Below are positions 28,059 through 37,741 of a DNA stretch of 64,000 nucleotides, in pieces. Source of the stretch: Candidatus Fimisoma avicola. Its GTDB lineage: Bacteria; Bacillota; Clostridia; Peptostreptococcales; Anaerovoracaceae. Both the position numbers and the translations under genes were made by a program. The stretch lies in the NCBI GenBank assembly GCA_018714945.1, contig DVMO01000006.1:945-64944 (forward strand), given 5' to 3'. The first letter of the stretch is position 1. The number at the start of each line of letters is the position of its first letter. The notes beneath the pieces are model-generated. The model was not told the origin of the DNA, ran no database searches, and worked only from the letters and a program-made list of their open reading frames with translations.

Positions 28059-28822
28059 GTTACAAAGTAAAGATACAAACCTTTGAAGGGCCTTTTGACC
28101 TGCTGGTATATCTGATAGAAAACGCCCAGATGAGCATATATGATATAGAGATAAGCAGCATTACAGAACAGTACCTGGAATATATCAGGACCATGAGGGA
28201 AATGGATGTAAATGTCGCCACTGAATTTATGGTGCTGGCTTCTTCCCTTATCGAGATAAAGTCCAAGATGATCCTGCCTCGCATCAATGCAGCCGGGGAG
28301 ATGACGGTAGAAGACGACCCCAGGACAGAGCTGGTCACCAGGCTGCTGGAATACAAGCGGTTTAAGAAAGCTGCTGAAATCCTCCAGGAACAGGAAGAAC
28401 GGGCAGGAAGGATATTTTCCAAGCCTCAGGAGGATATATCGTGCTTTACAGAAAATCCGGACGAATATCTGGCGCTTGACATTAGGCAGTTTGCGGGAGC
28501 CTTTTCGGCTTTCATAGAGAAAAAGCAGAAACTTGAGGCGGTACGCCGTCAGTATACGAGGATAAACAGGGAAAAGGTTTCCATGGAAAACCGCATAACA
28601 TATATTGCGGGCAGATTGCGGGAAAGGATAGGCCATGTCTTTGACTTCAGGGAACTGGTCCCTGATAAAAAAGATAAGTATGATACCATAATAACCTTTG
28701 TATCCCTGCTGGAAATGGCCAAGGAAAGGGTCGTAAACCTGAGCCAGAAAGTGCTTTACGGCGACATAGAAGTAGAAGCGGGAGAGAAGATAAACGAGGG
28801 AGAATTCAAATATGAGCAGTAA
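28055..28822 (+). CDS. scpA: Segregation and condensation protein A
   Basis: FEGPFDLLVYLIE...ISI.DI.IS.IT.QYL motif; followed by scpB. Confidence 0.9.
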   Translation: MSYKVKIQTFEGPFDLLVYLIENAQMSIYDIEISSITEQYLEYIRTMREMDVNVATEFMVLASSLIEIKSKMILPRINAAGEMTVEDDPRTELVTRLLEYKRFKKAAEILQEQEERAGRIFSKPQEDISCFTENPDEYLALDIRQFAGAFSAFIEKKQKLEAVRRQYTRINREKVSMENRITYIAGRLRERIGHVFDFRELVPDKKDKYDTIITFVSLLEMAKERVVNLSQKVLYGDIEVEAGEKINEGEFKYEQ

Positions 28823-29411
28823 AAAGACCATAAAGTCTGCCTTTGAGTCAATGCTTTTCACATGGGGAGAGCCGCTTGAAGCCAAGGCTGCGGCAGATGT
28901 GTTCAATATAACCAGGCAGGAAGCCATAGAGTATTTCACAGAGCTTCAGCAGGAATATGAACAGGAAGGCCGCGGCATAGTCATACGCCGTATCAACCAG
29001 TCCTTCCAGTTTGTCACCAGAGAAGAAAACGCAGATTATGTGAAGAAACTCTGCACTCCGGTCAAGACCAAACGCCTTTCCCAGTCGGCCCTTGAAGTGC
29101 TGGCCATCATCGCATACAAACAGCCTGTGACAAAAGGCGAGATAGAAGCCATAAGGGGGATACGATGTGACCGGGTGGTGGACGGACTGCTGAAAAAAGA
29201 ACTGATATGCGAAAAAGGCCGGTCGGATTCGGTAGGGAGGCCCATCCTCTACGGCACGACAGATATATTTTTACAGAACTTCGGCTTTTCTTCCATCAAA
29301 GACCTGCCCCAGATCGACGACATCGAAAGCATAGTGTCAGGCGATTACGGAGACGATGCCGAAGCTGCAGACGACAGGATCGACGACGGGCAGATAATGA
29401 TAGAAATTTAA
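28812..29411 (+). CDS. scpB: Segregation and condensation protein B
   Basis: LS.SALEVLAIIAYKQPVTK.EIE.IRG and GRP.LYGTT..FL..FG motifs. Confidence 0.9.
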   Translation: MSSKKTIKSAFESMLFTWGEPLEAKAAADVFNITRQEAIEYFTELQQEYEQEGRGIVIRRINQSFQFVTREENADYVKKLCTPVKTKRLSQSALEVLAIIAYKQPVTKGEIEAIRGIRCDRVVDGLLKKELICEKGRSDSVGRPILYGTTDIFLQNFGFSSIKDLPQIDDIESIVSGDYGDDAEAADDRIDDGQIMIEI

Positions 29412-29465
29412 GATTGTGGAATATAACTTCCTTTCTACAGTAAAATGTTGAGAGGGAGTTTTTTT

Positions 29466-30383
29466 ATGAACAGAAAAATGAAAACAGCGGCGGTAATATG
29501 CCTGATCATTGGCCTTGCCGCAGGAACAGCAGAAATCCTGGGATCCAGGATCACCGACCAACCGGAGGAAGAGGAACCTCCCGGTGATGCGGCTTTAGTT
29601 GCTAAAGCCGCGTCACCGCATGAAGGGAAAAATATACATGATAGTGCTGATCTTGCACTTGGCGCCGAAGGAGCGATATTGATAGATACAAAAGACAAAA
29701 CCGTGCTTTTTGAAAAAAATGCTGATAAGAAACTGTACCCTGCCAGCACCACAAAGATCATGACTGCCCTTGTCGCTCTGGAGACACTGGAGGAGATCGG
29801 GGCCGGGCAGGACAGCCGTGTGACGGTACCTGACGAAGCCGCCGGGCTCGAAGGTTCGTCTGTTTATCTTAAAGCCGGCCAGCAGGTGACCATGGAAGAA
29901 TTGCTGTACGGCATGATGCTCCAGTCAGGAAATGATGCGGCCGCTGCCGTGGCCATATGCTGCGGCGGGGATATGGAAACTTTTGTGGAAAAGATGAATG
30001 ACAAGGCAGCCGCACTTGGCTGCGGTTCGACTCATTTTACCAATCCCAGCGGGCTGCATGATGAAGGACATTATACCACAGCCAGAGATCTTGCCATCAT
30101 CGGAGCAGCGGCTATGGAGAGGGAGGACTTCCGCCGGATAGTCTCAGCTGAAAGCTGGCAGAGCCAGGATACAGGCAGATCCTATGTCAACAAGAATAAG
30201 ACTCTTTTCCAGTATGACGGTGGAAATGGTATAAAAATAGGTTATACCAAGGCTTCAGGAAGGACTCTGGCCGCTTCCGCCGAAAGGGACGGGAAGGTCC
30301 TGATAGCAGTGGTACTCAACGATCATAACTGGTTTGAGGATGCATATGGGATGCTCGACTATGGCTTTGAGGCTGCCGGATAA
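29466..30383 (+). CDS. Serine-type D-Ala-D-Ala carboxypeptidase (S11, DacB-like)
   Basis: Signal/TM anchor; PASTTKIMT (SxxK), SGND (SxN) and KIGYT (KTG-like) motifs. Start at 29466. Confidence 0.85.
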   Translation: MNRKMKTAAVICLIIGLAAGTAEILGSRITDQPEEEEPPGDAALVAKAASPHEGKNIHDSADLALGAEGAILIDTKDKTVLFEKNADKKLYPASTTKIMTALVALETLEEIGAGQDSRVTVPDEAAGLEGSSVYLKAGQQVTMEELLYGMMLQSGNDAAAAVAICCGGDMETFVEKMNDKAAALGCGSTHFTNPSGLHDEGHYTTARDLAIIGAAAMEREDFRRIVSAESWQSQDTGRSYVNKNKTLFQYDGGNGIKIGYTKASGRTLAASAERDGKVLIAVVLNDHNWFEDAYGMLDYGFEAAG

Positions 30384-30428
30384 ATCCACAGGGCAGAGCA
30401 TAAAATCTCACAGAAAAAGGAGGATATT

Positions 30429-31439
30429 ATGGCATATATATGTATGGACAGAGGAACGGATAAATGCCCCTGCATCCTTATGGAAGCAGGACAGTGCTAT
30501 ACATGCGGGATGATCCGGACGGGCAGCTGCGACTGCCTGGCAGGCTGGCAGGGAACATGCCCTTATACGGAATATGTCCAGCAGGGGAAAAGACCTGTTG
30601 CTTCTAAAAAAGCCCGGTGTTTTACGGTGGACAGCCGCAGGGATCATTCGCCGTGTTTCAGCACAGTCACTTTGAGGGTTCCCTTTGCATATGCGGTCAG
30701 ATGCCATGATCCGGGGACTTTTGTGATGGTGGAAAGCGATGGATGGCAGATCCCGCTGTCCGTGATGGAAAGCCGGACCGGTACCGCCGCATCTGGAGCA
30801 GAAGGGCATATATCCATAGCCATAAATATAACCGGTCCCAAGACAGTGGGATTGATGAAAGGAACTTCGGTTGGCACAGTGTGGAAGGTAAAGGGACCTT
30901 ATCACAACGGCCTGCTGAACATTCAGTCATATGATCCGAAGGCGCTTTCCATAGTGGCGGCAAAGGGGATTTCCCTTATGCCTTTCTTGAACATAAAAGA
31001 CAGGATAACGGCCGGAATGGCAAGCTTCTACCTTGACAGGCACAAGCTTCCGGACAGTTTTCTGACGGAGTACATAGGTGAACTGGAACGGGAAGAAATG
31101 GATTTTGGAGCAGATATAAAGGCAATATCTGAAAAAATAAAAGATGACTATGACTATTGCCTTGAAAGCACAGGCAGGCAACCCAACATTTTTCTGCTGG
31201 TGTCGCCGTATTTTGCAGGACGGATCACAGCCTGCCTGCCGGAAAGGATCACGGCAGGTTCTGTATCTGCGGATGGAAGCGGAGATCCCGCCGGGGAAAA
31301 AGGAACGGCAGCCGTAAAAAGGCTGATCCTGCCCAATCACAGTACCATGTGCTGCGGCGAAGGACTGTGCGGGGCCTGCTCCCATACCGATGAAAACGGT
31401 GTGACCGTCAGAGGATGCAAGTGCCTGGACATGATGTGA
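30429..31439 (+). CDS. PyrK-like FAD/NAD(P)-binding oxidoreductase with a C-terminal 2Fe-2S motif and a Cys-rich N-terminal extension
   Basis: C-terminal CCGEGLCGACSH...GCKC resembles the PyrK-type cluster ligands. The central region has a flavoprotein beta-barrel-like pattern. The N-terminal ~50 aa hold 9 Cys (CPC, CYTC, CDC). Confidence 0.5.
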   Translation: MAYICMDRGTDKCPCILMEAGQCYTCGMIRTGSCDCLAGWQGTCPYTEYVQQGKRPVASKKARCFTVDSRRDHSPCFSTVTLRVPFAYAVRCHDPGTFVMVESDGWQIPLSVMESRTGTAASGAEGHISIAINITGPKTVGLMKGTSVGTVWKVKGPYHNGLLNIQSYDPKALSIVAAKGISLMPFLNIKDRITAGMASFYLDRHKLPDSFLTEYIGELEREEMDFGADIKAISEKIKDDYDYCLESTGRQPNIFLLVSPYFAGRITACLPERITAGSVSADGSGDPAGEKGTAAVKRLILPNHSTMCCGEGLCGACSHTDENGVTVRGCKCLDMM

Positions 31440-31555
31440 TACCAGATGTGAGAACGCAAACACAGGGATGAAGATCTTCTCGCTGAATATCTGAGAAGGG
31501 GCTTTTATTTCTGCCGGAAAAATGGATCGGGACGGTCGCTCCCATGCAATAAAAA

Positions 31556-31600
31556 AGTTTCACTCTGAGCTGGAGTATTGAGCTAAGGTGAAACTTTTTT
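31556..31600. terminator. Possible bidirectional terminator between convergent genes
   Basis: AGTTTCAC ... GTGAAACT (8-bp stem, long loop) flanked by A6 and T6. Confidence 0.4.
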
Positions 31601-31606
31601 ATGGTG

Positions 31607-32293
31607 TCAGCCGTGAAAGACTTTGACCAGCAGCAGTCTGCCGTCTCCTACGGTGACCCTGGCTGTCATGCCGGGCAGTACCTCGTTGCTGACGCCATAT
31701 TGATATTCACAGGTGATCTCTCCGCCGGACAGGGGAAATTTGGCATTTTCAATGGTTATATCGCGAGCTGTGCCGGATATGTTCAGCAGGGAAAAATATT
31801 CAAAACTGCTGTCTATATATGCCGGAGCATCCGAGACTATCTCCATCAGAGAGAAGTCATCTGCCATTACTGCCTTGACCCCTGCCGAATCCAGCATGAG
31901 CAGGATAGATAAATTGGCAAGGGTGTGGTCCATCCGCTGACCTGTCATCCCAATGAGCAGGAAATCGTCAAAGCCCCTGCGCAGGGCTTCCTTTGCAGCG
32001 AAAACCGTGTCTGTATCATCTTTTTCACGGGGCAGGGCGATGATCTGCAGATCATCAGCCTTATCTTCTGAGCATTTTGCCGCTGTCTTGGACATGCCGG
32101 TGGCCATGAGCCCCTCCGGCGCCGGATAGGAATCAAAATCCCCGACTATCAGATCCGGCACAGCGCCGAGGGACTGATGGTGCTTCAGGCCGCAGTCGCA
32201 GTAGATATTAAAGTCGCCGGGCCTGAGATAGCCGGAGATGAGATCATAGCGGCTGATCTTGGCGCCGCCTATTATAACACATCGCCTGCTCAT
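31607..32293 (-). CDS. thiN: Thiamine diphosphokinase
   Basis: IIGG, GDFDS, KD.TD and a C-terminal thiamine-binding beta-domain pattern. Start at 32293 makes an ATGA overlap with the thiC stop; the ORF track extension to 32359 overlaps thiC. Confidence 0.85.
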   Translation of the reverse strand: MSRRCVIIGGAKISRYDLISGYLRPGDFNIYCDCGLKHHQSLGAVPDLIVGDFDSYPAPEGLMATGMSKTAAKCSEDKADDLQIIALPREKDDTDTVFAAKEALRRGFDDFLLIGMTGQRMDHTLANLSILLMLDSAGVKAVMADDFSLMEIVSDAPAYIDSSFEYFSLLNISGTARDITIENAKFPLSGGEITCEYQYGVSNEVLPGMTARVTVGDGRLLLVKVFHG

Positions 32294-33594
32294 AATATAT
32301 CTATGTATTCGCCGCTGAGGGCCTTGTTCATGCTGCGCACGGCACAGAATTTTCCGCACATGGAACAGCTGTCATCGTGTTCGGGCTTTCTGTCGTCGCG
32401 GATAGCCTTTGCGGTCTCCGGATCCATGGAACATTCCCACTGCTTATCCCAGTCGAAAGTCCTGCGGGCATCAGCCATCTGGTCATCTATATCCCTTGCA
32501 TGAGGGACGCCTTTGGCTATGTCAGCCGCATGGGCGGCGATCTTTGAAGCCATTATGCCCTGCTTCACATCGTCCACATTTGGCAGGGCCAGGTGCTCTG
32601 CCGGAGTCACATAGCACAGAAAAGCCGCACCTGACATGGCGGCGACAGCCCCGCCGATGGCAGCGGTGATATGGTCATAGCCGGGAGCCACATCTGTAAC
32701 TATAGGCCCCAGTACATAGAAAGGCGCACCCATGCAGATGCTCTGCTGTATCTTCATATTGGCTGCCACCTGATCCAGTGACATGTGGCCCGGACCCTCC
32801 ACCATTACCTGCACATCTTTTTCCCACGCTCTCTTGGTCAGCTCGCCAAGCCGTACCAGTTCCTCGATCTGGCAGACATCGCCTGCATCGGCAAGACAGC
32901 CGGGACGGCAGGCGTCTCCCAGTGAAATTGTCACATCATATTCCCGGCATATGTCGAGGATCTCATCATAATATTCATAAAACGGATTTTCCTCTCCGGT
33001 CATGGTCATCCAGGCAAAGACCAGTGAGCCGCCTCTGGATACTATGTTCATCTTTCGCTTGTGCCTTTTGATCTGGTCGATAGTCTTTCTGGTGATGCCG
33101 CAGTGAAGGGTAACGAAGTCTACGCCGTCCTCAGCATGGAGTCTTATGACATCTATGAAATCTTTAGCTGTGAGGGTGGCCAGATCCCGCTGATAGTGGA
33201 TGACGCTGTCATAGACAGGGACCGTGCCAATCATTGCAGGACATTCAGCCGTCAGTTTACGGCGGAAAGGCTGGGTATCCCCATGGGAAGAAAGATCCAT
33301 GATGGCTTCGGCTCCCATGTCAACGGCGGCCATGACCTTTTTCATCTCTATGTCGTAATCCTTGCAGTCCCTTGAAACTCCCAGGTTGACATTGATCTTT
33401 GTCCTTAGCATGGAACCTATGCCGTTGGGATCCAGACACTTGTGGAGCTTGTTGGCGCAGATGGCGACCTGCCCTCTGGCAACAAGGTCGCGGATTTCTT
33501 CTTCGGTACGGTACTCTTTAGCCGCAACAGCTTTCATTTCCTCGGTGATGATGCCGGATCTGGCGGCGGCCATCTGTGTGGTGAAATTTCTCAT
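32290..33594 (-). CDS. thiC: Phosphomethylpyrimidine synthase
   Basis: 434 aa; DLSSHGD, VTLHCG, IVSRGG, GPGH and C-terminal CSMCG.FCA motifs. Confidence 0.97.
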   Translation of the reverse strand: MRNFTTQMAAARSGIITEEMKAVAAKEYRTEEEIRDLVARGQVAICANKLHKCLDPNGIGSMLRTKINVNLGVSRDCKDYDIEMKKVMAAVDMGAEAIMDLSSHGDTQPFRRKLTAECPAMIGTVPVYDSVIHYQRDLATLTAKDFIDVIRLHAEDGVDFVTLHCGITRKTIDQIKRHKRKMNIVSRGGSLVFAWMTMTGEENPFYEYYDEILDICREYDVTISLGDACRPGCLADAGDVCQIEELVRLGELTKRAWEKDVQVMVEGPGHMSLDQVAANMKIQQSICMGAPFYVLGPIVTDVAPGYDHITAAIGGAVAAMSGAAFLCYVTPAEHLALPNVDDVKQGIMASKIAAHAADIAKGVPHARDIDDQMADARRTFDWDKQWECSMDPETAKAIRDDRKPEHDDSCSMCGKFCAVRSMNKALSGEYIDIL

Positions 33595-33689
33595 ATATGT
33601 TTCCTTTCAGTGGTATTATGGTGCGGCAAGACGGATATTCCCGCCTGCCGGAACTTTGGCTGATCTGTGGTATTGGCTTTTGGCTGAGT

Positions 33690-34493
33690 TCACGGTTCCT
33701 GTGCGAACCGGCTGTCAAGGTCAAAGGCATGATCCATGGGACCTGAACCGCTTCCCAGATCGAGCATGGCAGAAAGAGCTCCGGAAATATAGTCCTTTGC
33801 CCGTATTACGGAGTCATCCAGTGAAAAACCTTTGGCAAGGTTGGCTGCGATGGCGCTGGAAAATGTGCAGCCGGTCCCGTGGGTATTGGGATTGTCAATG
33901 CGCTTGCCTCTGAACCAGCGGGGACCCTTTTCGTCATACAGAAGGTCGTTGGCGTCATTGACACTGTGGCCGCCTTTCAGGAGGACGGCACAGCCGTAGC
34001 GGTCATAGATGACGGCGGCAGCCTTTTCCATATCCTGTTCGCTGCGGATCTCCATATCAGTGAGGATCTGGCCTTCCGGTATGTTTGGAGTCGCCAGCTG
34101 AGCCATCGGGAGAAGTATCCCGGTGAGGGCGGAGATCGCCTCATCCTGTATGAGCTTGGCGCCGCTGGTGGAGACCATGACCGGATCGGCCACGATATGA
34201 GGCGCTTTGTAATATTCAAGCCTTTCGGCGATGACTTCTATAAGGACAGATGAAGATACCATGCCGATCTTGACGGCGTCCGGATAGATATCCTCAAAGA
34301 CTGCGTCGATCTGCAGACGGAGAAATTCCGGACTTACTTCTGAAATGCCTGTGACGCCGGTGGTATTCTGGGCGGTCAGGGCTGTGACGGCGCTCATGGC
34401 GAAAACGCCGTTCAATGTCATGGTCTTGATATCGGCCTGTATGCCGGCGCCACCGCTGGAATCGCTGCCGGCTATGGTGAGAGCAGTTTTCAT
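33690..34493 (-). CDS. thiD: Hydroxymethylpyrimidine/phosphomethylpyrimidine kinase
   Basis: ALTIAGSDSSGGAGIQADIKT, DPVMVS, LLKGGH and THGTGCTFSSAIAA motifs. Confidence 0.93.
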   Translation of the reverse strand: MKTALTIAGSDSSGGAGIQADIKTMTLNGVFAMSAVTALTAQNTTGVTGISEVSPEFLRLQIDAVFEDIYPDAVKIGMVSSSVLIEVIAERLEYYKAPHIVADPVMVSTSGAKLIQDEAISALTGILLPMAQLATPNIPEGQILTDMEIRSEQDMEKAAAVIYDRYGCAVLLKGGHSVNDANDLLYDEKGPRWFRGKRIDNPNTHGTGCTFSSAIAANLAKGFSLDDSVIRAKDYISGALSAMLDLGSGSGPMDHAFDLDSRFAQEP

Positions 34494-35203
34494 ACGGCGC
34501 CTCCTTTTACCCGGCCCATACGCAGTGACGGCCGGTTTTCTTTCGAAGAGATAAATTGAAAGAGTTTTCTCCTGTTTTCCGGTGAAAAGTCTGCCATGTA
34601 AAAGTCGCAGAGCTCCCTTAGCCGTTCATGCTCCTTCTCATAACTGTCATATACGCCAATGATGGTAAATCCGTCGTCTTTGGCTGTCAGAGCGGCATAG
34701 AGGGCATCTTCAAAGATTATGACCTGATCTTTGCCCAGCCCCATATATGCTGCGGCTTCCCGGTATATTTGGGGTTCATCCTTGCCGTGGGCAACAGAGG
34801 TGCAGGTGAATATTTCAGAAAAATACTGCCGGATGCCGCAGCGTTTCAGGGCAGCATCTACCAGATACTGGTCGGTCGCGGTGGCTATGCACATGGACAT
34901 GCCCATTTCTGACATTTCCGACAGCAGCTTTTCCGTGCCTGATTTGAGTATGAGTTCATCTCTGTAATATCTTTCTATCATCTTGTTGACCCCGGCCATG
35001 ATCTCATCGATGGACTGGGTTATGCCATAGGCTTTTCTGTAATGACAGGCAGCCTGATAAAGGCTCATTGCCTTGAAAGTTTCGTTTATGTCCTTGTCAG
35101 GTTCAAGGCCGATGGAACGGAGATAATTTTCTCCTACGGTATTCCATACGAACATGGAGTTGAGCAGAGTACCGTCGAGATCGAATATTGCACCTTTTAT
35201 CAT
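34490..35203 (-). CDS. HAD-IA family phosphatase embedded in the thiamine operon (candidate thiamine-monophosphate phosphatase)
   Basis: IFDLDGTLLNS (DxDGT motif I), ATAT (motif II), FEDA (motif IV). Overlaps thiE and thiD by 4 nt each. Confidence 0.8.
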   Translation of the reverse strand: MIKGAIFDLDGTLLNSMFVWNTVGENYLRSIGLEPDKDINETFKAMSLYQAACHYRKAYGITQSIDEIMAGVNKMIERYYRDELILKSGTEKLLSEMSEMGMSMCIATATDQYLVDAALKRCGIRQYFSEIFTCTSVAHGKDEPQIYREAAAYMGLGKDQVIIFEDALYAALTAKDDGFTIIGVYDSYEKEHERLRELCDFYMADFSPENRRKLFQFISSKENRPSLRMGRVKGGAV

Positions 35204-35841
35204 AGGAAAAGCACCTCCTTTGCTTTTTCTTTAAGTGCGGCTGCGGCAGCTGCAATGTCAGGGGCTCCGAAGATGGCGGAGATCACCGCCACCCCTGCCG
35301 CACCGCAGCCTTTCAGGGCTTCAATATTGTTTTCGTTTATGCCGCCGATGGCCACCGCCGGGATGGAAACGGATGAACAGATTTCTTTTAGCTGCCGGGT
35401 GGTTATCCGTACGGCGCTGCTTTTGGTAGGTGACGGGAATACTGCGCCTATACCAAGATAGTCAGCTCCTGCTTTTTCGGCGGCTGCGGCCTGCTCTGCT
35501 GTCTTGGCTGTGGCGCCTATGATAAAATCCCTGCCGGCAAGCCGGCGGACATCTTCAACAGGCATATCCCCGCTGCCCACATGGACACCATCGGCGCCGC
35601 TCTTTAATGCCACATTGAAATTGTCGTTTATTATGAGAGGAACATCATAGAGATGGCAAAGATCTCCTATGACAAGAGCTTCCTCTATGAATCTGTCTTC
35701 TGCCAGTTCTTTTTCTCTGAGCTGGATCATGGTCGCACCGCCCTTGAGAGCAGATTCTACCTGGCGGTACAGCGGCGTGTCTACGGCCCATTGCTGGTCG
35801 GTTATGGCATATAAGAGCAGCATATCTTTATTGAATTTCAT
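35200..35841 (-). CDS. thiE: Thiamine-phosphate synthase
   Basis: LYAITD, IQLREK, INDN..VAL...ADGVHVG, GAVFPSPTK and AIGGI motifs. Confidence 0.9.
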   Translation of the reverse strand: MKFNKDMLLLYAITDQQWAVDTPLYRQVESALKGGATMIQLREKELAEDRFIEEALVIGDLCHLYDVPLIINDNFNVALKSGADGVHVGSGDMPVEDVRRLAGRDFIIGATAKTAEQAAAAEKAGADYLGIGAVFPSPTKSSAVRITTRQLKEICSSVSIPAVAIGGINENNIEALKGCGAAGVAVISAIFGAPDIAAAAAALKEKAKEVLFL

Positions 35842-36482
35842 TGGTTCTCTCCTGTTTGTCCTGAGGCACGGTCATATCTGTTTTCCGGACTGCCGCCCAA
35901 AGCGGCAGAAAGGGCGGATGGATCGGCGCAGGTCATTGCAGCGCTCATCACACATATGCCTGCTGCCCCTGCCTCCCGTACTGCTGCGGCGTTGGCAGGA
36001 TCTATCCCGCCTATGGCGTAGACAGGTATGGAGACCCTGCTGCAGATCTGTTTCAGAAAATCTGTCCCTCTGCCGGGAACGCCTGCCTTGCAGTCTGTAT
36101 TGAATATATGTCCCGCTGTTATGTAAGTACACCCCAGCGCCTCAGCTTCGGACGCTTCGGCCGCTGAATGGCATGAAGCACCCAGAACGGACAGCTTTTT
36201 CCGCTGCTGGTGATCCAGTTTGCGCAGGCCGTCCATGGAAAGGTGCAGGGCTGCCGCATGCAGCTTTTCAGCTGTATCGGCAAATGTATGGAGTATACAG
36301 AGCGTGCCTCTTGCTCGGCATATTTCCATTACCTTTGCTGCCAGGCGGGTGTATTCTTCGGGAGAAAGATCCTTTTCCCTCAGGATGACTGCCTTTGGAC
36401 AAGACTGCGCCAGTCTTTCTATCCTGGTCAGGAAATCTTCCCGGCACAGTTTTCGGTTGGTTACAAAGATCACATCAGACAT
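35838..36482 (-). CDS. tenI: TenI-like thiazole tautomerase (ThiE-family paralogue)
   Basis: GHIFNTDCKAGVPGRG...SIPVYAIGGI...AGAAGICVMS closely parallels B. subtilis TenI GHVFETDCKKGLEGRG...SIPVIAIGGM...AGADGIAVMS, rather than the ThiE motif. Start at 36482 overlaps the thiH stop. Confidence 0.7.
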   Translation of the reverse strand: MSDVIFVTNRKLCREDFLTRIERLAQSCPKAVILREKDLSPEEYTRLAAKVMEICRARGTLCILHTFADTAEKLHAAALHLSMDGLRKLDHQQRKKLSVLGASCHSAAEASEAEALGCTYITAGHIFNTDCKAGVPGRGTDFLKQICSRVSIPVYAIGGIDPANAAAVREAGAAGICVMSAAMTCADPSALSAALGGSPENRYDRASGQTGENQ

Positions 36483-37734
36483 AGAGATAATCATTGAGGA
36501 CCGGCTGGAGTCCTTCTTTTTCAATGTCCTCATACATGGTGCCAAGACTCCTTCCATCGTCTATCTCAAACTGTTCGTCACCCTGCTGGCCCTCCTGCTC
36601 CTTTCCGCTGTATTTGCTTTCGTGGTCGCCTATGCCGGTTGAAACACCTGCTGATACTTTTGTGGCGGCGATCCTGACGATGCCGTTCCTGAACCTGGCG
36701 CTTTCGCGGGAAGAAACGGTTATCCCCGCAAAAGGCATGAATATCCGGTAGGCGCATAGTATCTGGCAAAGCTGGGTCTCATGGACATCCAGCGGATTTA
36801 TCTTATCGTTGTTCACTATGGGCCTCAGCCTTGGGCATGAAAGGGATATTTCGGCATGGGGATATTTTCTCTGGAGAAAATATGCGTGGAGCCCGGTGGC
36901 GAGGGCGTCCCTGCGAAAATCTGCAAGACCCAGCAGGGCGGAAAAAGCGACTCCTCTCATGCCGCCCATCAGTGCTCTTTCCTGGGCGTCAAATCTGTAA
37001 GGCCATACTCTCTTGTGGCCCAGCAGATGGAGAGTCTCATATTTATCCGGATCGTATGTTTCCTGGAATACGGTAACATAGTCGGCTCCGCATTGGTGGA
37101 GATAAGCGTATTCGTCAGTGTTGACAGGATATATTTCAAGACCTACCATGCGGAAATACTTTCTTGCCAGTTTGCAGGCTTCACCGATATATTCCACATC
37201 GCTTTCCTTGCGGCTTTCGCCTGTGAGGATAAGGATCTCTTCCATGCCGCTTTTTGCAATGACCTGCATTTCGTGTTCCACCTGTTCCATTGAAAGCTTC
37301 ATGCGGCTGATGTGGTTGTAGCAGTTGAACCCGCAGTAGACGCAGTAGTTTTCGCAGTAATTGGCGATGTACAGCGGTGTGAACATATATACGGTGTTGC
37401 CGAAATGCTTGCCTGTCTCTTCTCTGGCTTTCTGAGCCATTTCTTCCAGAAAAGGTTCTGCGGCCGGGGACAGGAGCGCTTTAAAATCCTCGATGCTGCA
37501 GTTTCTGTGGCTCAGAGCAGCCTTGACATCTGCTGCTGTGTACCTGTCATAGTCGTAGGTATCCACCTGGGACATGACCTTGTCACGGATATCTGAGCTG
37601 ATGACTTCCATTCCCGGCAGATATTCCATGTGGCTTTTGCGGGATGAAGGGTCGGTCTCAAGACGGTGTTTTTTGGCCAGTGCCTGGGGTGAAAGAAATT
37701 CTGAATCTACGAAAAACTGATTTTCCATTTGCAA
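36475..37734 (-). CDS. thiH: 2-iminoacetate synthase (tyrosine lyase, radical SAM)
   Basis: YIANYCENYCVYCGF (CxxxCxxC) and the conserved C-terminal ThiH region; sits between thiG and tenI. Confidence 0.92.
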   Translation of the reverse strand: MQMENQFFVDSEFLSPQALAKKHRLETDPSSRKSHMEYLPGMEVISSDIRDKVMSQVDTYDYDRYTAADVKAALSHRNCSIEDFKALLSPAAEPFLEEMAQKAREETGKHFGNTVYMFTPLYIANYCENYCVYCGFNCYNHISRMKLSMEQVEHEMQVIAKSGMEEILILTGESRKESDVEYIGEACKLARKYFRMVGLEIYPVNTDEYAYLHQCGADYVTVFQETYDPDKYETLHLLGHKRVWPYRFDAQERALMGGMRGVAFSALLGLADFRRDALATGLHAYFLQRKYPHAEISLSCPRLRPIVNNDKINPLDVHETQLCQILCAYRIFMPFAGITVSSRESARFRNGIVRIAATKVSAGVSTGIGDHESKYSGKEQEGQQGDEQFEIDDGRSLGTMYEDIEKEGLQPVLNDYLYV

Positions 37735-37741
37735 ACCTCCC

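Noticed and set aside
33595-33689. Possible second TPP riboswitch in the 95-nt gap between thiD and thiC. The minus strand has GATCAGCCAAAGTTCCGGCAGGCGGGAA, faintly resembling the CTGATC.GG.TAATGCC.GCG.AGGGA core.
   Set aside because: The CTGAGA element and the TAATGCC core are absent and the segment is too short for the full aptamer. It is at best a degenerate remnant, and thiC is more simply read as co-transcribed from the riboswitch at 39548-39668.
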